Positions 1-8,579 of a DNA stretch of 38,756 nucleotides are shown piece after piece. The stretch is from Nitrospira sp. (GTDB lineage: Bacteria; Nitrospirota; Nitrospiria; Nitrospirales; Nitrospiraceae). The DNA is taken from contig VGXD01000001.1 of assembly GCA_016873525.1 (NCBI GenBank), positions 1-38,756 on the forward strand. The letters run 5' to 3'. The number at the start of each line of letters is the position of its first letter. Position 1 is the first letter of the stretch. A program made the translations under genes and the position numbers. The notes under the pieces were generated by a model. It was not told the origin of the DNA, did no database searches, and was given only the letters and a program-made list of their open reading frames with translations.

Positions 1-2
1 CT

Positions 3-323
3 GCCCCGACGATCTGCAAGGATGGGGACCCGACGCTTGTGCAATGCGTTCCCATCGGCAGCATGAATCTTCTGTCGGTCTGCGGCTCCTGTCCCGAGGG
101 CTATCGGCAGGTGGGGAGTTCATCGGTCCCGGCCCGTTGCGGCACGGCCGAAGGGGGCCACATGAGCCAGTGCCAGATGGAGAAATTCGAGAGCCGTCTG
201 CCGAACCCGAATCAGGGTGGCCGCTTCTGTCCGCCTGACTGCGCGGGCCCGCTCCCAACGCCGGGACAGGGGGCCCTGCCGCCTCCACCAAAATACTTGC
301 CTCCGCCGAAGGAGGGGCAATGA
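3..323 (+). CDS. C-terminal fragment of a Cys-rich protein with a Pro-rich tail (5' end outside the window)
   Basis: Frame 3 is open from the window edge to TGA 321-323. The translated fragment has 8 Cys and a [11 protein letters not shown] tail. No family recognised. Confidence 0.3.
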   Translation, partial: APTICKDGDPTLVQCVPIGSMNLLSVCGSCPEGYRQVGSSSVPARCGTAEGGHMSQCQMEKFESRLPNPNQGGRFCPPDCAGPLPTPGQGALPPPPKYLPPPKEGQ

Positions 324-372
324 ACCGACCGCACCCCTGGAAAATCTGGCAGGGCACGGTAGAGAGGGAACT

Positions 373-1377
373 GTGACCGAGCGCATCGTCACCAACCAGA
401 TGACCGACGACGAACGCGGCCTGGAAGTCACGCTGCGGCCGCAAACCTTGGACGAATATGTCGGCCAGGGGCGGATGAAAGAGTCCCTCAGGATTTGCAT
501 CGAAGCGGCCAAGCGCCGAGGCGAGGCCCTGGACCACGCCATTTTTTACGGCCCTCCAGGCCTGGGCAAAACCACCATCGCCCACATCATCGCGCGCGAG
601 ATGGGCGTGGCCATCCGTTCGACTTCGGGCTTGGTCCTGGCCCATGCGGGCGACCTGGCCGCCATCCTGACCAACCTCCAGGAGCGGGATGTCCTGTTCA
701 TCGACGAGATCCACCGGCTCCCGGCTTCCGTCGAGGAAGCCCTCTATCCCGCGATGGAGGACTACCAACTCGACCTGGTGATCGGCCAGGGACCCTCCAC
801 GCGGACGATCAAGCTGGACTTGCCGCGCTTCACGCTGGTGGGCGCCACGACCAGGGCCGGCGCCCTGACCTCCCCCCTGCGCGAGCGGTTCGGGCTGGTG
901 AATCGCCTGGATTTTTATTCTCCCGACGATCTGAAAATCATCGTCACCCGCTCGGCCGGCCTCCTCGGCATCCCGATCGACTCGGAGGGCGCGGCCGAGA
1001 TCGCCGGCCGCGCGCGCGGGACCCCGCGCATCGTCAACCGCCTGATCAAGCGGGTCAGAGACTTCGCCCAGATCAAGGCCGAAGGACACATCACACGCCA
1101 AGTCGCCCGCGACGCCCTCGCCTGGTTGGGGGTGGACGAGGCCGGGTTCGACGACATGGACCGGAAGATCCTCCTGACCATTATCGAGAAATTCGCCGGA
1201 GGACCGGTCGGCATCGAATCGCTGGCTGCCGCCGTCAACGAAGAGAAGGGGACGCTTGAGGATGTCTATGAGCCCTTCCTCATCCAATCCGGCTACCTGG
1301 AGCGGACGGCACGAGGCCGTCAAGCGACCAGGGTTTCGTTCGAACACTTTGGAAAACATAAAGATTTACTGACATAA
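373..1377 (+). CDS. ruvB: Holliday junction branch migration DNA helicase RuvB
   Basis: Walker [16 protein letters not shown] box, and conserved RuvB tail ([23 protein letters not shown]). GAGAGGGA at 362-369 precedes GTG 373. ATG 400 is an alternative start. Confidence 0.93.
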   Translation: MTERIVTNQMTDDERGLEVTLRPQTLDEYVGQGRMKESLRICIEAAKRRGEALDHAIFYGPPGLGKTTIAHIIAREMGVAIRSTSGLVLAHAGDLAAILTNLQERDVLFIDEIHRLPASVEEALYPAMEDYQLDLVIGQGPSTRTIKLDLPRFTLVGATTRAGALTSPLRERFGLVNRLDFYSPDDLKIIVTRSAGLLGIPIDSEGAAEIAGRARGTPRIVNRLIKRVRDFAQIKAEGHITRQVARDALAWLGVDEAGFDDMDRKILLTIIEKFAGGPVGIESLAAAVNEEKGTLEDVYEPFLIQSGYLERTARGRQATRVSFEHFGKHKDLLT

Positions 1378-1390
1378 CCAGAAGAAGTTT

Positions 1391-1481
1391 TCAGCCGTCA
1401 GCAGTCAGCTTTCAGGAAAAAGATTTCGGAGTAAATATCTCTCACTGAAGGCTGAGAGCTGAAAGCTGATCGCTGAAAGCT
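1391..1481. repeat. Inverted arrays of tandem heptamers: TCAGCNN x4 (1391-1418), 26-nt spacer, GCTGANN x4-5 (1445-1481)
   Basis: Read directly: tcagccg tcagcag tcagctt tcaggaa ... ctgaag gctgaga gctgaaa gctgatc gctgaaa gct. Positions 1398-1415 pair with 1459-1476 (16 Watson-Crick pairs, 1 G-U, 1 mismatch). Confidence 0.85.
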
Positions 1482-1527
1482 ATTGCCCTGCAGCCCTCCA
1501 TAATCCCCCAAATCCTGTTGATAAACC

Positions 1528-1556
1528 TTGCAAAGCTCGCTTGCTTCCTGTACTAT
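1528..1556 (+). promoter_or_regulatory. Candidate sigma70-type promoter for pheA
   Basis: TTGCAA (1528-1533), 17-nt spacer, TACTAT (1551-1556), about 50 nt upstream of the pheA ATG. Confidence 0.4.
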
Positions 1557-1606
1557 TTTCTGTCTCGCACTGAAAGATTTGCGTCACGGGTCGCCGTGAG
1601 GAATGT

Positions 1607-2689
1607 ATGGAAAGTCCGAAGGACATTCAGCACTATCGCAAGGAGATCGATCGGCTCGACGACGAGATCCTGCGTCTGCTGAACGAACGATCCAAGTCCG
1701 TCATTGAAATCGGACGGTTGAAGAAGGAGACGGACGCCGAGGCCAATCTGCACACGCCGGGCCGGGAAGCGCAGATTGTCAATCGGCTGATAGGCGAAAA
1801 CGCGGGGCCCTTCCCGAACGACGCGATCCGGTCCGTCTACCGCGAGATCATGTCCGCGTCGCTCTCGCTCGAAGGTCCCCAGAAGGTGGCCTATCTCGGT
1901 CCGCCGGCCACGTTCACGCACCTGGCCTGCATCCAGAAATTCGGGACCTCCGCCCAGTACGTTCCGGTCAACAGCATCAAAGACGTCTTCGACGAGGTGG
2001 AGCGAGGCCGCGCGAATTTCGGCGTGGTGCCGATCGAAAATACGACCGAAGGCGTGGTGAATTACACGCTGGACATGTTCATCAACTCGAACTTGCTGAT
2101 CTACGGCGAGGTCTTGCAGGAGGTGTCCCACCATCTCCTCTCGAAGACCGGACGCCTGGAAGACATCAAGAAAATCTTTTCGCACCCCCACGCCATCGCA
2201 CAGTGCCGGCACTGGCTGGAGACCAACCTGCCCAACGTGCCGGTCTCGGAGGTTCCCAGCACGGCCCGGGCGGCCGAACTCTGCGCCGACGATCCGTCGG
2301 TCGCCGCCATTGCCTCCGAACTGGCCGCGCAGTTGTATGGCTTGAAGATCATCAAGTCCAGGATCGAAGACAACCTCAACAACTTTACGAGGTTCCTGAT
2401 CCTCTCGAAGAAAGCGCCGGAGCGGACCGGCAAGGACAAGACCTCCGTGATGCTCTCCGTGAAGGACAAAGTCGGCGCGCTCTACGACCTGCTGCGGCCC
2501 TTTGCCTCCCACGGGCTCAACATGACCAAGATTGAGTCTCGTCCGTCCCGACGCAAGGCCTGGGAATACTTCTTTTTCGTCGATATCGAAGGGCACCTCG
2601 AAGAGGATCGAGTGAAAAAAGCCCTGGAAGAGGTGAAGGGCCGCTGCCTCTTCATGAAAATCTTGGGATCCTATCCGGCCCACTCGTGA
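1607..2689 (+). CDS. pheA: Bifunctional chorismate mutase / prephenate dehydratase (P-protein) with C-terminal ACT domain
   Basis: N-terminal CM helix (RKEIDRLDDEILRLLNERS), PDT core (VAYLGPPATFTH, ENTTEGVV), ACT region (TKIESRPSRRKAWEYFFFVDIEGH). GAGGA lies 5 nt before the ATG. Confidence 0.95.
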   Translation: MESPKDIQHYRKEIDRLDDEILRLLNERSKSVIEIGRLKKETDAEANLHTPGREAQIVNRLIGENAGPFPNDAIRSVYREIMSASLSLEGPQKVAYLGPPATFTHLACIQKFGTSAQYVPVNSIKDVFDEVERGRANFGVVPIENTTEGVVNYTLDMFINSNLLIYGEVLQEVSHHLLSKTGRLEDIKKIFSHPHAIAQCRHWLETNLPNVPVSEVPSTARAAELCADDPSVAAIASELAAQLYGLKIIKSRIEDNLNNFTRFLILSKKAPERTGKDKTSVMLSVKDKVGALYDLLRPFASHGLNMTKIESRPSRRKAWEYFFFVDIEGHLEEDRVKKALEEVKGRCLFMKILGSYPAHS

Positions 2690-2693
2690 CCCT

Positions 2694-3779
2694 ATGCCGC
2701 TGAACGTACATCCCGATATCGCGTCGTTGGTTCCCTACCTCCCCGGCAAGCCGATCGAGGAACTGGAACGGGAACTCGGCATCCCGCGCGCCATCAAGCT
2801 GGCGTCCAACGAAAATCCGATCGGCCCCTCGCCGAAGGCCCTGGCGGCCCTCTCCACCGAAGCCGCCGGGACGTTGAATCGGTATCCGGACGGCGGCGCG
2901 CACCGCCTCCGCCGCGCCCTGGCCGACCGCTACAAGCTGACGCCCGATCAGGTCATTCTGGGCAACGGCTCCGACGAAATCATCGGCCTGCTCGCCCGCA
3001 CGTTCCTGTCGCCCGGCGACGAAGCGGTGATGGCGGATCAGACCTTCGTGATCTACAAGATGGAAGTGACGGCGGCCCACGGCGTCTCGGTCGTCGTGCC
3101 CCTGAAGGAGGGCCGCCACGACTTGCCGGCCATGGCGAAGGCCGTGACCCCCAAGACCAAGCTCGTGTTCGTCTGCAATCCGAACAATCCGACCGGCACC
3201 ATGGTGCCGGCGGCGGATGTCGCCGCGCTGATGGCGCAGGTGCCGGACGATGCCATCGTGGTCTTCGACGAAGCCTATTACGAGTACGTCGTCAGCCGGA
3301 ATTTTCCCGACAGCCTGGGCTACGTCAAGCAGAACCGGAACGTCGTCGTCCTCCGCACCTTTTCCAAAATTTACGGCTTGGCGGGGCTGCGCATCGGCTA
3401 CGGCCTGACGACGCCGGAGATCACCGGCTACTTGAACCGCCTCCGTCCGCCGTTCAACGCCAACAGCCTGGCCCAGCGGGCCGCGCTCGCGGCGCTGGAG
3501 GACGAGGACCACGTCGCTCGCAGCCGGGCCATGAACCAGGCGGAAATGACGCGCCTGCGCCGGGACCTCGTTTCGCTCGGCTTCCAGCCGCTGCCCAGCG
3601 AAGCCAACTTTTTGTATTTCGACGTCGGACGGAGCGGCCGGGAGGTGTTCGAGGCCCTGCTCCGCGAAGGCGTCATTGTGCGCCACATCGAAGGCCGCAT
3701 GCTGCGGGTCACCATCGGCCTGCCGGAAGAAAACACCCGTTTTGTGGATGCGCTGAAGCGCGTCCTCCCACGCGAATAA
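2694..3779 (+). CDS. hisC: Histidinol-phosphate / aromatic aminotransferase (class II PLP aminotransferase)
   Basis: Motifs LASNENP, GNGSDEII, NPNNPTG, DEAYYEY, and RTFSKIYGLAGLRIGY with the PLP lysine. Sits inside the aromatic amino acid cluster. Confidence 0.9.
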   Translation: MPLNVHPDIASLVPYLPGKPIEELERELGIPRAIKLASNENPIGPSPKALAALSTEAAGTLNRYPDGGAHRLRRALADRYKLTPDQVILGNGSDEIIGLLARTFLSPGDEAVMADQTFVIYKMEVTAAHGVSVVVPLKEGRHDLPAMAKAVTPKTKLVFVCNPNNPTGTMVPAADVAALMAQVPDDAIVVFDEAYYEYVVSRNFPDSLGYVKQNRNVVVLRTFSKIYGLAGLRIGYGLTTPEITGYLNRLRPPFNANSLAQRAALAALEDEDHVARSRAMNQAEMTRLRRDLVSLGFQPLPSEANFLYFDVGRSGREVFEALLREGVIVRHIEGRMLRVTIGLPEENTRFVDALKRVLPRE

Positions 3780-3802
3780 GTCGAACCAAGGAAGAGGGGA
3801 CC

Positions 3803-4816
3803 ATGATTATTGTCTTGAAGCCTGAAGCCACCGAACGCGAAATCGAGCACCTGTTGGACCGGCTCCGCGAACTCGGATTGAAATCCCACATCTCGCACGG
3901 CGAAGAACGCACGATCATCGGGGTCATCGGCGACGACCGGATCCTGCACAACCAGCCCCTGACCGCGTTCCCCGGCGTGGAGAGCGTCACGCCCATCCTG
4001 GCGCCCTGGAAGCTGGTCAGCCGCGAGTTCAAGAAAGACAACACGATCATCGACGTGAACGGCGTCAAGATCGGGGGCAAGAAAATCGCGGTCATGGCGG
4101 GCCCCTGCGCGGTGGAAAAGCTGGAGGTGACCGTCGGCATCGCCCAGGAGGTCAAGGCGGGCGGCGCCAGCATCCTGCGAGGCGGCGCCTACAAGCCCCG
4201 CACCTCGCCCTACTCCTTTCAGGGCGTCGGCCGGGAGGGATTGGACTACCTGCTGGAAGCCAAGAAGCAAACGGGGCTCCCGGTGGTGAGCGAGATTCTG
4301 GACACGCGCGACATCGAACTGTTCCTCCAAAAGGCGGACATCATTCAGATCGGCGCGCGCAACATGCAAAACTTCGAGCTGCTCAAGGAAGTCGGCTCCT
4401 ACGACAAGCCGGTGCTTCTGAAGCGAGGGCTGTCCGCAACCATCAAGGAATTCCTCCTCTCCGCCGAGTACATCATGTCCCGGGGCAACCGGAACGTGAT
4501 GCTCTGCGAGCGCGGCATCCGGACCTTCGAAACGCAGTACCGCAACACCTTGGACCTGGCGGCCATCCCGTCGCTGAAAGAACTCTCCCATTTGCCGGTC
4601 ATCGTGGACCCCAGCCACGCCACCGGGAAATGGAACCTGGTCGCGCCGATGTCCAAAGCCGCGGTTGCGGCCGGCGCCGACGGCCTGCTGATCGAGGTCC
4701 ATTCCAATCCCGAATGCGCCCTCTGCGACGGCGAAGAATCCATCAAGCCGACCAAGTTCAAGGAGCTGATGCAGGAACTCAAGAAGATCGCGGAAGCGGT
4801 CGGGCGAGATATTTAG
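3803..4816 (+). CDS. aroF: 3-deoxy-7-phosphoheptulonate (DAHP) synthase, type I-beta, with N-terminal ferredoxin/ACT-like regulatory domain
   Basis: [26 protein letters not shown]-domain followed by the KDSA-like barrel ([30 protein letters not shown]). Resembles the Thermotoga-type enzyme from memory. SD GGAAGAGGGGA. Confidence 0.92.
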   Translation: MIIVLKPEATEREIEHLLDRLRELGLKSHISHGEERTIIGVIGDDRILHNQPLTAFPGVESVTPILAPWKLVSREFKKDNTIIDVNGVKIGGKKIAVMAGPCAVEKLEVTVGIAQEVKAGGASILRGGAYKPRTSPYSFQGVGREGLDYLLEAKKQTGLPVVSEILDTRDIELFLQKADIIQIGARNMQNFELLKEVGSYDKPVLLKRGLSATIKEFLLSAEYIMSRGNRNVMLCERGIRTFETQYRNTLDLAAIPSLKELSHLPVIVDPSHATGKWNLVAPMSKAAVAAGADGLLIEVHSNPECALCDGEESIKPTKFKELMQELKKIAEAVGRDI

Positions 4817-4823
4817 AGGGCTG

Positions 4824-5711
4824 ATGGCTGCACGCAGACCTCATTTTCACCAGGTCGCCATCGTCGGCGTCGGACTCATCGGAGGCTCGCTGGGCCTGGT
4901 GCTCAAGCAACGGGGGCTGGCCGACTCGGTGGTCGGCATCGGCCGCCGGGTCGAGAACCTGAAGACCGCCGTCACGCTCGGCGCCATCGACCGCTACGTG
5001 TCCGAGGCCAAAGAGGGCGTCGGCGACGCGGACCTCGTGGTGCTGGCCACACCGGTGGACACCTACGAACGTCACCTCAAAGATTGGGGCCGCTGTTTGA
5101 AACCCGGCGCCATCGTGACCGACGTCGGAAGCGTGAAGGGCCCCCTCGTGGAACAGGCGGAAGGCTTGATGCCGGCCCTGGCGCACTTCGTGGGCGCCCA
5201 TCCGATCGCGGGACGGGAAAAAACGGGGGTGGCGGCCGGATCCGTGGACCTCTTCAAGGGTGCGCGGTGCATCCTGACGCCGACGCAACGCACCGACCCG
5301 GGAGCGCTGGAAGCCGTGCGCGCGATCTGGGAGGCGGCGGGATCCGTCGTGCTCTCGATGGATCCCTTCCTGCACGATCGGGTGCTCGGAGCGGTCAGCC
5401 ACCTGCCCCATGTGGCGGCCTTCTGCCTGATCAACGCCTTGACCGACATCAAAGACCGCACGACCCCTGAGTTGGATTTGCTGGCGTACGCCGGCGGGGG
5501 CCTGCGCGACACCACGCGCATCGCCGCCAGCTCGCCCGAGATGTGGCGCGACATCTGTTTGTGGAACCGGCAGAACCTGATCCAGATGATCGAGATCTAC
5601 GAAGAGCGCCTCCGGCATCTCAAACAACTGATTGCGGCCGGAGACGGGCCGGGCATCGAAAAGGAATTGGAGCGGGCGAAACAAGTGCGGGAGCAACTCA
5701 ACAACCGGTGA
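4824..5711 (+). CDS. tyrA: Prephenate (or arogenate) dehydrogenase
   Basis: Rossmann IVGVGLIGGS, GSVK and HPIAG motifs. Ends in a double stop, TGA TGA. Confidence 0.88.
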   Translation: MAARRPHFHQVAIVGVGLIGGSLGLVLKQRGLADSVVGIGRRVENLKTAVTLGAIDRYVSEAKEGVGDADLVVLATPVDTYERHLKDWGRCLKPGAIVTDVGSVKGPLVEQAEGLMPALAHFVGAHPIAGREKTGVAAGSVDLFKGARCILTPTQRTDPGALEAVRAIWEAAGSVVLSMDPFLHDRVLGAVSHLPHVAAFCLINALTDIKDRTTPELDLLAYAGGGLRDTTRIAASSPEMWRDICLWNRQNLIQMIEIYEERLRHLKQLIAAGDGPGIEKELERAKQVREQLNNR

Positions 5712-5794
5712 TGAGTGATGTGTGATGAACAAAGATCGTTGCATTGATTTTTCCATCTCACTTGCTCGTCCCCCATTACCCATCACTCATCACC
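5707..5794. repeat. Inverted arrays of tandem heptamers: GTGATGN x3 (5708-5728), 44-nt AT-rich spacer, NCATCAC x3 (5773-5793)
   Basis: Positions 5707-5728 pair with 5773-5794: 14 contiguous Watson-Crick pairs, one mismatch, then 6 more pairs including one G-U. The left arm contains the tyrA stop; the right arm ends 2 nt before the aroA ATG. Confidence 0.85.
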
Positions 5795-5795
5795 C

Positions 5796-7121
5796 ATGAC
5801 GTCTCTTACGATCAATCCCGGCGGGCCCTTGCAGGGAACCATCGCGGTCCCCGGCGACAAGTCCATCACGCACCGCGCCATTATCCTCAGCGCGCTGGCG
5901 GAAGGGGAAAGTCTCCTCACCGGCTATTGCCGCGGCGAAGATTGTCTCAACACGGCGCGAGCCTTCCGGGCGATGGGCGTTCGAATCGACGAGCAGCCGG
6001 ACCGCTTGCGCGTGTACGGCAAAGGCCTGTGGGGTCTTTCGGAACCGGAGCAGCCGATCGACTGCGGCAACTCCGGCACCGGCATCCGCCTCCTGACCGG
6101 CTTGGTGGCGGGACAGGATTTCTTCACCATCCTGACGGGGGACGAATCCATCCGACGCCGTCCGATGGGCCGCGTGGTCAAGCCGTTGCGTGAAATGGGC
6201 GCCGCGATCGCGGGGCGCAAGGGCGGCGAACTGGCCCCGCTGGCCGTGACCGGCAGCCGCTTGCGGGGCATCGCCTACCGCTCCCCCGTGGCCAGCGCCC
6301 AGATCAAATCTTCCCTCCTCCTGGCCGGCCTCTACGCCGAGGGGACGACGCGCATTACCGAACCCAAACCGTCGCGCGACCACACCGAACGCATCTTCCG
6401 GCACTTTGGAATTCCGGTGCAGACCGAAGGTGCGGGCGAGGGATCGACGGAAGGATCCTCCGTGTCGCTGCCGGGCCGTCCGATCGGCTGGACCGCAAAG
6501 AACCTCGCCGTGCCGGGAGACCTCTCCGCTGCGGCGTTCTTTCTCGTGGGGGCCACGATCGTGCCCGGCTCCGACGTGACGATCACCGGGGTCGGCATCA
6601 ATCCCACGAGGTCCGGGCTGCTGGACATCCTGCGCGAAATGGGCGCCTCAATCCTGGTGACGAACCGACGGGAAGAAGCCGGAGAGCCGGTTGCGGACCT
6701 GCACGTCCGCTCTGCCTCCCTGCATGGCATCCGCATCGGAGCCGAGCGGATTCCCCAGACCATCGACGAATTTCCCATCCTCTGCGTCGCGGCGGCAGTG
6801 GCGGAAGGCGAGACCGTCATCACGGGGGCGGCGGAACTGCGCGTCAAGGAAAGCGACCGCATTGCCACCATGGCCGCGGAATTGGCCAAGATGGGCGCCG
6901 CGATTACCGAGACCCCGGATGGACTGATCATTCAAGGCTCAGGCGGTCGCCGCTTCCGTGGCGCGTCCTGCGCCAGCCACGGCGACCACCGCGTGGCCAT
7001 GTCCGTGGCCATAGCCGGACTCGTCGCCGACGGGCCCACCAAGATCGAAGAGACAGCTTGCATCGAAACATCCTTTCCGGGGTTCGATGGCAAGGTCTCG
7101 GAATTATTGACAAAACGTTGA
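5796..7121 (+). CDS. aroA: 3-phosphoshikimate 1-carboxyvinyltransferase (EPSP synthase), class II-type signature
   Basis: Full-length EPSPS. Motifs GDKS, SAQIK, RDHTE and NPTR are present. No SD is visible upstream of ATG 5796. Confidence 0.95.
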   Translation: MTSLTINPGGPLQGTIAVPGDKSITHRAIILSALAEGESLLTGYCRGEDCLNTARAFRAMGVRIDEQPDRLRVYGKGLWGLSEPEQPIDCGNSGTGIRLLTGLVAGQDFFTILTGDESIRRRPMGRVVKPLREMGAAIAGRKGGELAPLAVTGSRLRGIAYRSPVASAQIKSSLLLAGLYAEGTTRITEPKPSRDHTERIFRHFGIPVQTEGAGEGSTEGSSVSLPGRPIGWTAKNLAVPGDLSAAAFFLVGATIVPGSDVTITGVGINPTRSGLLDILREMGASILVTNRREEAGEPVADLHVRSASLHGIRIGAERIPQTIDEFPILCVAAAVAEGETVITGAAELRVKESDRIATMAAELAKMGAAITETPDGLIIQGSGGRRFRGASCASHGDHRVAMSVAIAGLVADGPTKIEETACIETSFPGFDGKVSELLTKR

Positions 7122-7134
7122 CCAAGTCTATAAT
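7107..7134 (+). promoter_or_regulatory. Consensus sigma70 promoter hexamers inside the aroA 3' end
   Basis: TTGACA (7107-7112), 16-nt spacer, TATAAT (7129-7134). Both hexamers are perfect. Confidence 0.5.
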
Positions 7135-7843
7135 ACAGAGCCAGCGTCCGGAAAAGACCGAGGAACACCGGCGCGAGCAGCGTCTGATCGTCACGATTGA
7201 CGGTCCTGCGGGAGCCGGCAAGAGCACGGTGGCGAAGCTGCTCGCGTTGCGTTTGGGCTATCTCTATCTGGACACCGGCGCGCTCTATCGCGCCGTGGCC
7301 TGGAAGGTGCGGCAAGCCGGTGTCGATCCCTCGGACCACGAGGCCGTGGCCACGCTCCTGCCCGCCACCACGGTGACGATGGAGTACCGCCCGGAACGGG
7401 CGCGGGTGTCCGTGGACCAGCAGGACGTGACCGAGGAGATCAGGACGCCGGACATCAGCCGGCTGGCCTCCGTCGTATCGGCCATTCCCGCCGTACGCGA
7501 CTGGCTCCTCCCGGTTCAGCGCCGGATCGGGTCTGCCGGAGGGGTCGTCGCGGAAGGACGGGACCTGGGCACCAGGGTCTTTCCCGCCGCCGATGTGAAA
7601 TTTTTTTTGGAAGCCGACATGGAGGTCCGTGCAGCCAGGCGCCATCGTGAATTGACCGCGGCCGGCCATGCCGCCCCGCTGAACGAGACACGCCGGGACA
7701 TCCATACCCGCGATACGCAGGACCGTTCCCGGGACATCGCCCCGCTCGTGCCGGCTTCGGACGCCAGCGTGGTCGATACCTCGGTCCTGACGGCGGAACA
7801 GGTCGTCGACCGCATGATGGCGGTCATTGCAGCCAAGCTGTGA
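7118..7843 (+). CDS. cmk: Cytidylate kinase
   Basis: IVTIDGPAGAGKSTVAKLLA P-loop and a Cmk-like remainder. Start uncertain: TTG 7118 overlaps the aroA TGA (TTGA); TTG 7058 and CTG 7184 are alternatives. Confidence 0.85.
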   Translation: MTKSIIQSQRPEKTEEHRREQRLIVTIDGPAGAGKSTVAKLLALRLGYLYLDTGALYRAVAWKVRQAGVDPSDHEAVATLLPATTVTMEYRPERARVSVDQQDVTEEIRTPDISRLASVVSAIPAVRDWLLPVQRRIGSAGGVVAEGRDLGTRVFPAADVKFFLEADMEVRAARRHRELTAAGHAAPLNETRRDIHTRDTQDRSRDIAPLVPASDASVVDTSVLTAEQVVDRMMAVIAAKL

Positions 7844-8511
7844 GCGCGGTTGCTTATTGGGGCGTGTGGCTGATCGGCTCGCTGCTGGTCCGGCTGCTCT
7901 TTCGGTTTCGGACGGTCGGCGCAAGACATGTTCCCACACGCGGCGGGGTGCTGATCGCGGTCAACCATGCCAGCTACTTGGACATCCCGCTCGTCGGCTG
8001 CGGACTGCGTCGGCGAGCCTGGTATCTGGGCCGGCAGGATTTATTCGGCCCCCGCTGGGTCAAAGCGATCTGCCGCTGGCTGGGCTGGATTCCCATCCGG
8101 CTGAGCCGGCTGGACCGCGAAGGGTTCGGACAGGCGGTCAAGCTGATCAAGGACGGGCAGGCCGTGGTCATTTACCCGGAAGGGGGCAGGACGTTGGATG
8201 GGCGGTTGCGACCAGGAAAGCCGGGGATCGGCGTCATCGTCGAGCAAACCGGCTGCCCGGTCGTCCCGGCCTATATTGCCGGAGCCTACGAGGTATTGCC
8301 CGTGGATGCCGTCTGGGTACGTTTTCGTCCGGTGCGGGTGACGTTCGGAAAGCCGATCGACTTCACCTCGGACGCGCAGCGATTGACAGGAAAGGATTTT
8401 TATCGACACGTGAGCCGGACGGTCATGGAACGGATCGCCGAGCTGGGACAAGTATCCCCGCCGGTCGATCAGGCCGCCCGTTCGGCGGCCCGGCCTCTCA
8501 ACGCTGAGTGA
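7840..8511 (+). CDS. plsC: 1-acyl-sn-glycerol-3-phosphate acyltransferase family protein
   Basis: NHASYLD (NHxxxxD) and YPEGGRT acyltransferase motifs, plus an N-terminal TM segment. GTG 7840 overlaps the cmk TGA (GTGA). Confidence 0.8.
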   Translation: MSAVAYWGVWLIGSLLVRLLFRFRTVGARHVPTRGGVLIAVNHASYLDIPLVGCGLRRRAWYLGRQDLFGPRWVKAICRWLGWIPIRLSRLDREGFGQAVKLIKDGQAVVIYPEGGRTLDGRLRPGKPGIGVIVEQTGCPVVPAYIAGAYEVLPVDAVWVRFRPVRVTFGKPIDFTSDAQRLTGKDFYRHVSRTVMERIAELGQVSPPVDQAARSAARPLNAE

Positions 8512-8579
8512 GGCAAGGGCTTAGATAACCATCAGCACCCGACCGTGGTCGGAGAAGCAGAGGATTAGGAAGCACACGC

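Noticed and set aside
1553-7939. Series of long minus-strand ORFs (1553-2683, 2652-3686, 3428-4702, 4779-5786, 5790-6404, 6932-7939)
   Set aside because: Each lies antisense to a confidently identified aromatic-pathway or cmk gene and has Arg/Gly/Asp/His-biased composition.
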